From UHGV virus genome UHGV-1376660: 64,000 bases of DNA, one strand, 5' to 3'. The position numbers and the translations under genes are program-made. Below are positions 56,634 through 64,000 of the stretch, piece after piece. Under the pieces are notes generated by a model that did not search any database, was not told the origin of the DNA, and saw nothing but the letters and a program-made list of their open reading frames with translations. The stretch comes from a virus. Every line of letters starts with the position of its first letter. Positions within the stretch are counted from its first letter, which is position 1.

Positions 56634-57662
56634 TTACAGAGCGTCCAGTTCAGCCAGCAGGTCGTCGAGACCTTCGTCAGCTGGTGCAGATGCAGCGGCA
56701 GCAGATGCTGAAGCACTTGCAGCTGCGGCGGCTTCCGGAGCTTTAACTTCTTCCGGTTTAGTTTCCGGTTTGAACTCAGCTTCAGCGGCACGCAGGATCT
56801 CTTCATCAACCAGGCTGGTGGACTCTGGAGCCGGAGTGTGTGCTGTAGCGACAGCAGCTGCGCCTTCCGTATGACCAGTGATAGAGCCAAAGCCTGGCAG
56901 TTCAGCAGCAGCTGATTTTGCAGCGGAAGAAATGGCCGGAGAGGACATTGTTGCTGCCGGAGCCGCAATACCAATCAGACGACCCATAGTGCGAGCCGTA
57001 GACAGCAGACGAGTTTCGTCAGCCTGGTTCGCGTATGCGATCAGATCGTGTTGGGTAGTCCAGAGCTTCTCAGGAATGTCGCCTTTGTAGACTTTACGTT
57101 TCGGGGATACGTCGTACTTGGTGTCACGACCGGAACCGGTACGCTTAATCAGGAACGCATAGCCTTCTTCTTTGCTCAGTGGGTTGCCGATATCATCCGC
57201 AATATCTTCGGACATCACTTTGCAGATATCGTCGAAGACCGTAGACGGCAGCTCAATCAACTGGCATTTCTCTGCGTCTGCAAAGTCTTCACGCGCAGAC
57301 AGAACACCGTTGACCAGATAACGCGGTGTAGCACGCATACTGTTAATGCGCTCTTCCATCGCTTTGTTGCCCTTAAAGCGAGCACGACCTTCCATAACCA
57401 TCTCACACAGCTGGCAAGCGTGGCCGTGGGTGTGCTGTTCGCAGATGTAGGCGGTTGTTACATCTTTGCCTTCCTCATTCTGATGCTTAACGTAGTGCAT
57501 ACCGAATGTCTGGAAGAACACGCCATTCGGGTCGTCCTTGTTCGGAAAAATGCGCAGATAGTTATTGCCGTCTTTCAGACGGGTCAAATCAACGTTATTG
57601 CCACGTTTAGAAGCAATATCGCCACGGGTCTTGTTAAGCAGATCAAGTAATGACTTAGACAT
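56634..57662 (-). CDS. T4 gp32-like single-stranded DNA-binding protein
   Basis: NNYLRIFPNKDDPNGVFFQTFGMHYVKH parallels gp32 [25 protein letters not shown]; Cys/His cluster (CEQHTHGHACQLC) at the gp32 zinc site; acidic C-tail DEGLDDLLAELDAL. Confidence 0.7.
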   Translation of the reverse strand: MSKSLLDLLNKTRGDIASKRGNNVDLTRLKDGNNYLRIFPNKDDPNGVFFQTFGMHYVKHQNEEGKDVTTAYICEQHTHGHACQLCEMVMEGRARFKGNKAMEERINSMRATPRYLVNGVLSAREDFADAEKCQLIELPSTVFDDICKVMSEDIADDIGNPLSKEEGYAFLIKRTGSGRDTKYDVSPKRKVYKGDIPEKLWTTQHDLIAYANQADETRLLSTARTMGRLIGIAAPAATMSSPAISSAAKSAAAELPGFGSITGHTEGAAAVATAHTPAPESTSLVDEEILRAAEAEFKPETKPEEVKAPEAAAAASASASAAAASAPADEGLDDLLAELDAL

Positions 57663-57746
57663 GTATTTCTCCTTGTTGTGATTGTGGCCATTGGCGCTAT
57701 GCGCGTTGGGCGTTCGCTTATTCGTGGCTCTTTCGAGCGAGAAGAA

Positions 57747-57779
57747 TGATAGATCAGTACTTACTTACGATCTAGCATA
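57747..57779. promoter_or_regulatory. Palindrome-family element ATGATAGATCAGTACTTACTTACGATCTAGCAT
   Basis: Sequence inspection. Confidence 0.45.
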
Positions 57780-57781
57780 AA

Positions 57782-58213
57782 TTAACGGGGAGAGTGGAAA
57801 CGTTCGGCGCCCAAACGTTCAATCTCCACGATAGCCATTTTGGACGCCTGGACAATCATGTCGCGGCGGTGAGAGAAGGCGGCTACAGCGTGCTTGTACA
57901 GATCTGCAATGTGCCGGGCATCGTCGAGTTTCTGGCGCTTTGCGAGGTATTGCGGGTTGGTTCTAACCTTTGCCTCCAGTACGGACTCATTAAACTTAAT
58001 GCCGTTCATACTCAGGTTCTTACGCTCATTGTCGTAGATTTTCGCCTCAATCGCATCGAGGGAGAGTTTTGCATCTGCGACCTCGCGTTCTGCCCGCGCC
58101 AGCTTAGAGCCGTACTCCATCAACAGGCGCGGTTGCTGACGCCAGACTTCCTCAAGATTGTCGCGGTCGAACTCCAGATCGGACATGATTTTTTCGTAGA
58201 TATCGGTGCTCAT
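57782..58213 (-). CDS. Hypothetical protein; possibly a UvsY-like recombination mediator
   Basis: Probable start MSTDIYEK; position next to SSB; weak resemblance only. Confidence 0.3.
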   Translation of the reverse strand: MSTDIYEKIMSDLEFDRDNLEEVWRQQPRLLMEYGSKLARAEREVADAKLSLDAIEAKIYDNERKNLSMNGIKFNESVLEAKVRTNPQYLAKRQKLDDARHIADLYKHAVAAFSHRRDMIVQASKMAIVEIERLGAERFHSPR

Positions 58214-58421
58214 GGTGTTAATTACCTGCTTATTTATATATATCAATTTTATCATGGTGGGAGCAGGCAGTGGAGATTATGACACGATGAAATGGAGGTT
58301 ATGAGATAGGCAAGCCAGTGAAAAATCGGGTGGTTCTGGTACTCTATGCGCCGTTAAAAGCTGGCCGTAGACAGCGTGCGACAACAGGGCGGGGACATGG
58401 ACGGATGAATTTCATTCGCCG

Positions 58422-58453
58422 TTGACAGATGTCAACGCTGGTAATAGTATAAT
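58422..58453 (+). promoter_or_regulatory. Sigma70 promoter TTGACA-N17-TAGTAT (TATAAT 3 nt further) with inverted TTGACA/TGTCAA operator-like repeat upstream of hicA
   Basis: TTGACAGATGTCAACGCTGGTAATAGTATAAT. Confidence 0.55.
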
Positions 58454-58467
58454 ATTGTCGGAGGCGA

Positions 58468-58692
58468 ATGAAGAAACATTCGAACAAGCACATTCAAGCG
58501 GCCATTGAATATGCTTTAGACCAAGGCTGGGTTTGGGTTGCACCGGGCGATTCTGCTCACTGCTTTTGCAGGTTGCGTTGTGGCAATCCAGAAGGTGAAC
58601 ACCGAGATCACCAAATGAGTGTATGGTCGACGCCGAAAAGTGCTGAAAACCATGCCAAGCGAATCATAAGCACCGTAAAACACTGCAAGTGA
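58468..58692 (+). CDS. hicA: HicA-like mRNA-interferase toxin (YcfA family)
   Basis: LDQGWVWVAPGDSAHCF parallels the HicA GW..V...GSHH.F core; 74 aa; first gene of a two-gene plus-strand cassette. Confidence 0.45.
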   Translation: MKKHSNKHIQAAIEYALDQGWVWVAPGDSAHCFCRLRCGNPEGEHRDHQMSVWSTPKSAENHAKRIISTVKHCK

Positions 58693-58771
58693 TTTTGCCC
58701 GGTAAGGAGTGGCGACAACCACTCCTTACCGAATATAAGAGAATACTCTGAATACTAAACGAAGAGGTACT

Positions 58772-59335
58772 ATGGCGCTTTATAACTTCACTCTGACACT
58801 CTCAGGCGTAACGTATGAGACCGAAGGACTGGAAGACGCGCTGTACGAAAGCGGCTGTGACGATGCGCTGATTTGCGCATATGGAAACTCCGTCTATGTT
58901 GAGTTCGACCGCGAAGCTGAATCGCTGGATGCAGCTATTGCATCAGCGGTCGACAATATCGAATCAGCCGGAATCGGCGCTATTGTTGAATCTGTCGACT
59001 CTGCCCTTGTAGGCTTGAGCGACATTGCAGAAATAACAGAAATGTCTCGCCAGGCGATTGCGATGCTGAAAGATGGCACTCGTGGTAGCGGAGACTTCCC
59101 TTGCCCTATCCAACGAATCAAAGGCCAATCTCCACTTTGGGATTGGGCTGATGTAGCCGAATGGCTACTAAAGAACGGTCGATTAAAAGAAGACAGCAAC
59201 TTGGTAAATAACGCTCGTGTGCTGAGTAAATGGAATCTTGCCTTACGTGCAAGCGCTTCAAAAGATTTTCAAGAAGTTGAGTCGATCGCGGTAGCTCTTA
59301 TCGCACGTCGACGTCATCACGCCGAATGCGCATGA
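58772..59335 (+). CDS. hicB: HicB-like antitoxin with C-terminal AlpA/HTH_17-like DNA-binding region
   Basis: N-terminal YNFTLTLSG...EGLEDALYES (HicB/UPF0150-like), C-terminal LSDIAEITEMSRQAI...WDWADVAEWL HTH. Confidence 0.4.
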   Translation: MALYNFTLTLSGVTYETEGLEDALYESGCDDALICAYGNSVYVEFDREAESLDAAIASAVDNIESAGIGAIVESVDSALVGLSDIAEITEMSRQAIAMLKDGTRGSGDFPCPIQRIKGQSPLWDWADVAEWLLKNGRLKEDSNLVNNARVLSKWNLALRASASKDFQEVESIAVALIARRRHHAECA

Positions 59336-59363
59336 AAAAACCCGCCAATCGGCGGGTTTTTGC
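59335..59363. terminator. Bidirectional rho-independent terminator (AAAAAACCCGCCAATCGGCGGGTTTTTGC) between convergent genes
   Basis: A-run, GC stem, T-run. Confidence 0.7.
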
Positions 59364-59364
59364 T

Positions 59365-59808
59365 TTATGCGACTTTCTTACCAAAAATGTTGGATAGCGT
59401 GACTCTGGTCTGGCGTTTCAGCCTGTACTGCCTCACATCGCCAATCTTGTTCACTTCCATAAACTCTTTGGCCACCTTCAGCACCAGCCGATTGCGGAAC
59501 ACTTTGAACGCCTCCAGCTGTTCCTCTGGGTTATCCGATTCGTAGATCTCCAGCAGATACTGGCACGCCTTCGGATCTTGCGTTTTAAGCGCCAGCGCTC
59601 TGGCACATTTACGCAAACGACTGACTTTGTCGGCACCATCCAGCCCGGCGAACGCCAGCGCCAGATCTAACGTGACCGGACAGTCGATGATTTCCCAGAA
59701 CTGCGACCGCATGGTGGCCGCAACTGCTTTATCCTGAAAATCCGCTGGGATAGCCGCCAGCGCTTGTGCAATCTTCTGTGCCTCGTTCATGGTGTTCTCT
59801 TTATTCAT
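59365..59808 (-). CDS. Hypothetical protein
   Basis: 147-aa ORF, 4-nt overlap with the DnaE C-terminal segment. Confidence 0.4.
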   Translation of the reverse strand: MNKENTMNEAQKIAQALAAIPADFQDKAVAATMRSQFWEIIDCPVTLDLALAFAGLDGADKVSRLRKCARALALKTQDPKACQYLLEIYESDNPEEQLEAFKVFRNRLVLKVAKEFMEVNKIGDVRQYRLKRQTRVTLSNIFGKKVA

Positions 59809-60974
59809 TTGCTAATAGTCTCCGCTACCTCTGCCAGAATTGCTTCCAGCTTTTCGCCTTCTTCTGGGCGAAAGTACAAAATGTTTGGGTTAAATCCGTA
59901 GAAAACGGTCACATCCAGCTCCGGCAGATACTCTTTGCGTCCAACCAGGTCGGATGGTTTGTTCTTGTTGTTGAAGAGTGACGTCGCCCGGCTGCCACAC
60001 GTCAGCACATAGGTCGGACGCACCAGATTGACCTCTTCACGCATAAAGTCGGTGAACTGGCCGATCTCGTCTTTGGTGTAGTCCTTCTCTTTGTCCTTCA
60101 CCTTTTTGCACACGCCGGTGACGTAGAGATCGCCCATGCGCAGATCGCCTGCAGTAAGCAACTTCGCTTTAAAGTCGTCGTAGCCGTTCTCCATGAAGTA
60201 ACCGGTACGCCCATCATTGCCGTTCGCGTTGTCCAGAATGACCATGATTTTCGGCTTAATGCCAATGCTTGGGCGAATCAGGTCGTCTCCCAGACCCATT
60301 TCGGCCGCCATGCGAGTCATCAGTACATTCACCTCGGCAGAGCGCTTAGGGTTCATCTCGAACGGTCGAGAGGCTTTTACAGCGTCGATCACCAGATTGC
60401 CCATCAGCTCTGCCTGGTCGCGCAGACGTTCCGGGTCTGTCGCTGGCAGACTGCCAGGCTCAATCGATGCGAACGCACCTACTTTTTGCAGTGACTCGCG
60501 TACCCGGCTGTTACATGCACGCTTCTCGACCGATTCCTCGAATTGCGCCAGCGATTCGAATTTTCCGCCAACTTTCTCACGTGCTCTCATGATGGCCTGG
60601 CATCCGTTCTCAGAGCAGCCTTTCACAGCAGAGAATGGCGCATACAGAACCTGGCTGCCGTCTTCTAGCGTGCGGATCTCAATTCGGTTAGATGACACGT
60701 TAACGTCTGGTGGCAATATGCGAATACCATAGGTCAGCGCATCCTTAACCAGCCCTTGGTGCTTATCCTCGCCCAGAATGGTGAGAGCTGCAGCGAAGAA
60801 TTCAGCAGGGTAGTGCGTCTTTAGCCACATAGACTGATAGCTGATCAGCGAGTAGGCAACGGAGTGTGATTTGTTGAAGGCATACGCGCCGGATTTCTCA
60901 AACATATTCCAGATTTCTTCGGCTCGTTCGTGCGTCAGGCCATTACTCTCTTCAACAACACCGGTAATTTTCAT
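59805..60974 (-). CDS. dnaE: DNA polymerase III alpha (DnaE-type), C-terminal segment (exon 2 or a separately translated fragment)
   Basis: ERAEEIWNMFEKSGAYAFNKSHSVAYSLISYQSMWLKTHYPAEF aligns with E. coli DnaE [45 protein letters not shown]. Confidence 0.85.
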   Translation of the reverse strand: MKITGVVEESNGLTHERAEEIWNMFEKSGAYAFNKSHSVAYSLISYQSMWLKTHYPAEFFAAALTILGEDKHQGLVKDALTYGIRILPPDVNVSSNRIEIRTLEDGSQVLYAPFSAVKGCSENGCQAIMRAREKVGGKFESLAQFEESVEKRACNSRVRESLQKVGAFASIEPGSLPATDPERLRDQAELMGNLVIDAVKASRPFEMNPKRSAEVNVLMTRMAAEMGLGDDLIRPSIGIKPKIMVILDNANGNDGRTGYFMENGYDDFKAKLLTAGDLRMGDLYVTGVCKKVKDKEKDYTKDEIGQFTDFMREEVNLVRPTYVLTCGSRATSLFNNKNKPSDLVGRKEYLPELDVTVFYGFNPNILYFRPEEGEKLEAILAEVAETISK

Positions 60975-61705
60975 GCAGTCACCTCATCAATCTTCATGAA
61001 CTCATACCCATTGGACACCAGCCAGTCCCGCTGGCGCTCCCAGCTCCATACCTCTTCACGCATTTCGCTATGCAGACGAATGTGAGCGTCTTCTGGAAGT
61101 GCTACCAGATTCCCAGGGGCGTTATCTACCGTGTCGCGGTTAAGGTGGTGGACATGTTCATCGTCACGTAGCTCCCGACCGAGATGTTCTTTCGCTATCA
61201 ACCGATGAACGTATTCGTATTGCGAAACGCCATTGTTACCAACCAGCTGCATCATGTAGCCGTTGGTTTTTATGATGACGCCACCTTTGTAGTTGTTCGC
61301 TTCTTCTCCGGTCTTTCCGCGTTTGGCAGCCGCCAGCTTTTCCTTCGTCTCTAGGCGGATTGTTCTGCCGGTCAGCTTTTTCGAAACGGTGGCCACTCGC
61401 TCATCGGTATCAGCACGCAGCCCTGCATTCCACGAGGTTTTCCCATACATAGGGTTGCCAGCGCCAGCCCGGGCTTCGGAGAGTCGCTTTATGCGTTCGT
61501 CATTATTTTTGTTTTTGCCACGATTCCAGGCTGGGGTAGCGGAGATCCGCGCGTTTCCGCGCCTGATCCCCCATTTGGCTAATAAGCGATCGATATTTGC
61601 CTTGCTGCAACCAGCTTCGGCGGCAATGTCTTCTTTTCTCATCAGGTCAACCATGTAACGCTGGCGTAACCATTCTTCTGTGATTTTGTACTTCGTACCC
61701 GGCAT
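60971..61705 (-). CDS. HNH homing endonuclease inserted within dnaE
   Basis: HNH motif HVHHLNRDTVDNAPGNLVALPEDAHIRLH; own copy of the early promoter motif at 61719-61750; stop overlaps the ATG of the downstream dnaE segment. Confidence 0.85.
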   Translation of the reverse strand: MPGTKYKITEEWLRQRYMVDLMRKEDIAAEAGCSKANIDRLLAKWGIRRGNARISATPAWNRGKNKNNDERIKRLSEARAGAGNPMYGKTSWNAGLRADTDERVATVSKKLTGRTIRLETKEKLAAAKRGKTGEEANNYKGGVIIKTNGYMMQLVGNNGVSQYEYVHRLIAKEHLGRELRDDEHVHHLNRDTVDNAPGNLVALPEDAHIRLHSEMREEVWSWERQRDWLVSNGYEFMKIDEVTA

Positions 61706-61718
61706 TTCAAAAACTCAC

Positions 61719-61750
61719 TAAACAAATTGTTTTCTTATCTTATAAATTAA
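61719..61750 (-). promoter_or_regulatory. Early promoter/operator motif copy (degenerate) driving the HNH gene, located inside the dnaE intervening sequence
   Basis: CTAAACAAATTGTTTTCTTATCTTATAAATTAAC. Confidence 0.5.
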
Positions 61751-61753
61751 CTC

Positions 61754-64000
61754 TCAAATATCGAAGCTCGTTATGTCGGCATTTATAGCCATTGCTTCGG
61801 CATAAGTGCGACGCTCACCATCAGCGCAAAGTAGGCGTGCTGCTTTATGAATTTTCCTCGTAGAACCGTCATCCAGTGACACTGTCACCCAGCCTTCCTC
61901 CGCTCGCTTAATGAAGTTGCCGCCAATGGATTTCATTTTCTCCATATCTTTTTTCCCGATCGCTTTCCTGACCGAGTCTGCTTCCGCCATAGAGAACCCC
62001 GCCAAGATTCGCGTAGCAGCCATGATCTGTTCCTGATAAATCAGAACGCCGTTTGTGTCGCGAGAGATGTCGTCCAGCATTGGGTGTAAGGAATGTGGAG
62101 CCATGAAGCCTTTGGCCACGGAGACATAGTCGTCCAACATGCCGGATTGAATCGGGCCTGGTCGGAAGAGTGCGGTCGTGGCGACAACGGTTTTGAAGCT
62201 CATTGGCTCAATACCACCGCCAATATCTTTAAGCAGCTTGCGCATAGGGCCGGACTCCAGCTGGAATACGCCCTGCGTGTACCCTGCAGCGAACCCATCC
62301 AGAACCTTGCGATCGTCCAGTGGGATAGCATCGAGATTGATGTCTTCCTCGGTACTCTCTTTGATGTAGCGTTTCGCGCTATCCAGCAGATCGAGCGTTG
62401 CCAGACCGAGAACGTCCAGCTTAATCAGCCCCATCGCCTCGCAGTAACGTTTATCGAACGCAATACAGCGAGCGTTGCCACGCAGCTCGACGGGAGTGCG
62501 CTCTACCAGTGGAACGCCAGCGACGATCATCCCCGCTGCGTGACGGCCAAAACCACGCATCAGGCTTTGCAGCTTACATGCCGCTTTGAACGCTTCCGGG
62601 TTTTTCGTGGCGTATTTGTCTAGGCTGGCCAGTTGTTCGCGCAGCTCTTCCAGCGGCAGGCTATCGTCCTCCAGATTCTTGAACTCTTTGGATACCGCCA
62701 TATCCGCAGCGTCTACACCGTAAATACGCGCAGTGTCACGCAGCGCAGAAGCCGCGCCCAGATAGGTGAAGTTCGGAATACCGGCAACGTAATCTTCTCC
62801 ATAACGTTCATTCAGATACTCGATCACCTCATGACGACGTGCCTGGCTGAAGTCCAGATCCGCATCCGGCAAGTCGAGACGTTCAGGGTTAATGAAACGC
62901 TCAAACAGAAGACCGTGACGGATAGGATCGACGTTGGTTATGCCGATGCACCACGCCACCAGAGAACCGGCAGAGGAACCACGACCTGGCCCGACAGGAA
63001 TGCCAGTTTCACGGCTGTGATTCATCAGGTCGCGCACCATCAGGAAGTAACCGCAGAAGCCCAGGCGGGTCAGCGTGTCCATTTCGTACTTCAGACGATC
63101 AACATACACGCGGTGCTCAGAAGCCGGTGGTGTGTAACCAAACTCTTTGGTAGTAAGACGCTTGCGCAGCCCCGCGACAGCCAGCTTCATCAGCGTTGCA
63201 GGCTCGTCGTCTGCCATCTTGGGCAGTGCTGGTGGCAATTCATGCCAGCGCCATGTGCAGGCTTCAATAATGGTGTCCTGCGTTGTTGAGGCCATTGCAG
63301 CTGTTACAGGTACATCCATGCGAACGGAGAAGGCTTTCAGCGCTTCAAGGAGATGGCGGCGACCATTAACGGCGTTATCTCGCTGGTGGGGAATACGCAG
63401 ACGATGCGGCTGGTCGATTTTGATGTTGTTCGTAACCATGTGCGCAATGTCTTTAATGTCAGCGTCGTCGACCGCTTCGTAATAAGCGGGATAGAACGCC
63501 ACTGGCTCTATTTTCAGTGCGCTCGCCACTTTCATCGCCCGGACGTTAATCTGGTCGTAGAATGGGGTAGGGTGCGGATAAACCACGCTGTAGAAGTTAT
63601 CGCGTCCTCCAACTGTCACCAGCGTCCCGATAATCTTTGCGAAGTCCCGGCGCTGGAATACACTGCCAATGTCGGACGTCAGCAGGATGATGTTGCCTTT
63701 GGCATATGCGGCCGCCAGCTGGTCAAGTGCCAGACGCGGGACAAAGTAGAATTGCTCGCGCTTGTTGGCTAAGGTCATCAGTTCGCACACGTCGCGATAA
63801 CCTTGCTCATTCTTTATCAGTGCCGTGAAGCAGTAGCTGCGATCACGCACCAATGATTCCATACATCCTCCTGACTCTTTCGCCAGGCGGGCGCGGTGCT
63901 CGTATGTCGGATCGTCGACCACATTCAGCTTAACACCACAAATAACCGCCATGTCGTCGCCAGCGGCACGCTGCAGGGGGATCACACTGGCAATGTTCAT
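61754..64000 (-). CDS. dnaE: DNA polymerase III alpha (DnaE-type), N-terminal segment; continues beyond the window
   Basis: PHP and palm-domain motifs GIPVGPGRGSSAGSLVAWCIGITNVDPIRHGLLFERFINPERLDLPDADLDF; LIYQEQIM...; homology to DnaE ends at ...FIKRAEEG (about nt 61892), followed by 45 unrelated codons before the stop. Confidence 0.9.
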   Translation of the reverse strand: MNIASVIPLQRAAGDDMAVICGVKLNVVDDPTYEHRARLAKESGGCMESLVRDRSYCFTALIKNEQGYRDVCELMTLANKREQFYFVPRLALDQLAAAYAKGNIILLTSDIGSVFQRRDFAKIIGTLVTVGGRDNFYSVVYPHPTPFYDQINVRAMKVASALKIEPVAFYPAYYEAVDDADIKDIAHMVTNNIKIDQPHRLRIPHQRDNAVNGRRHLLEALKAFSVRMDVPVTAAMASTTQDTIIEACTWRWHELPPALPKMADDEPATLMKLAVAGLRKRLTTKEFGYTPPASEHRVYVDRLKYEMDTLTRLGFCGYFLMVRDLMNHSRETGIPVGPGRGSSAGSLVAWCIGITNVDPIRHGLLFERFINPERLDLPDADLDFSQARRHEVIEYLNERYGEDYVAGIPNFTYLGAASALRDTARIYGVDAADMAVSKEFKNLEDDSLPLEELREQLASLDKYATKNPEAFKAACKLQSLMRGFGRHAAGMIVAGVPLVERTPVELRGNARCIAFDKRYCEAMGLIKLDVLGLATLDLLDSAKRYIKESTEEDINLDAIPLDDRKVLDGFAAGYTQGVFQLESGPMRKLLKDIGGGIEPMSFKTVVATTALFRPGPIQSGMLDDYVSVAKGFMAPHSLHPMLDDISRDTNGVLIYQEQIMAATRILAGFSMAEADSVRKAIGKKDMEKMKSIGGNFIKRAEEGWVTVSLDDGSTRKIHKAARLLCADGERRTYAEAMAINADITSFDI

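Noticed and set aside
60938-61895. Intein interpretation of the dnaE interruption
   Set aside because: The intervening sequence contains stop codons in the dnaE frame. The HNH ORF is in a different frame with its own promoter and start. The residues at the junctions (W after the N-part; NG before the C-part) do not fit intein splice-site rules.

Overview
This window reads as a large segment of a tailed-phage genome with a plasmid-like replicon. My best guess is a phage-plasmid of the SSU5/pHCM2 type, recalled from memory and not verified.

Almost all genes run on the minus strand. Reading the minus strand from high to low coordinates, the modules are:
- A DnaE-type DNA polymerase III alpha gene interrupted by an HNH homing endonuclease (59.8-64.0 kb).
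- A plus-strand hicA/hicB-like toxin-antitoxin pair.
- A recombination/replication block: T4 gp32-like SSB, flap endonuclease, RecA homolog, SPFH lipoprotein.
- A plus-strand RepA-like initiator flanked on both sides by about 20 iterons and a GATC cluster (48.8-51.1 kb).
- SbcCD-like nuclease, RuvC-like resolvase and a nucleotide-metabolism cluster (NrdA, NrdB, ThyA, DHFR, dNMP kinase, DnaQ-like exonuclease, Dam methylase, RNase HI).
- A second large DNA methyltransferase and an HD-domain (SpoT-like) hydrolase.
- A long run of small early genes, each behind a conserved ~30-bp promoter/operator-like motif.
- An AT-rich plus-strand island of five unknown genes (12.1-15.3 kb).
- An SF2 helicase, two ParB-like proteins and a small ABC ATPase.
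- The packaging and head module (TerS, TerL, portal, scaffold, 291-aa HK97-like capsid protein, Ig-like Big_2 protein).

Three families of conserved intergenic elements recur. One is the promoter-like AAACAAnTTGTTTTCTTGTTGGTG motif. One is a 22-bp perfect palindrome, ATAGGTAAGTACTTACCTAT, in at least 16 copies. One is a ~90-bp promoter-plus-hairpin element in 2 copies.

There are also GT-rich and C-rich iteron-like noncoding tracts. I found no rRNA, tRNA or CRISPR array. All protein calls come from remembered motifs and family knowledge, not from searches.
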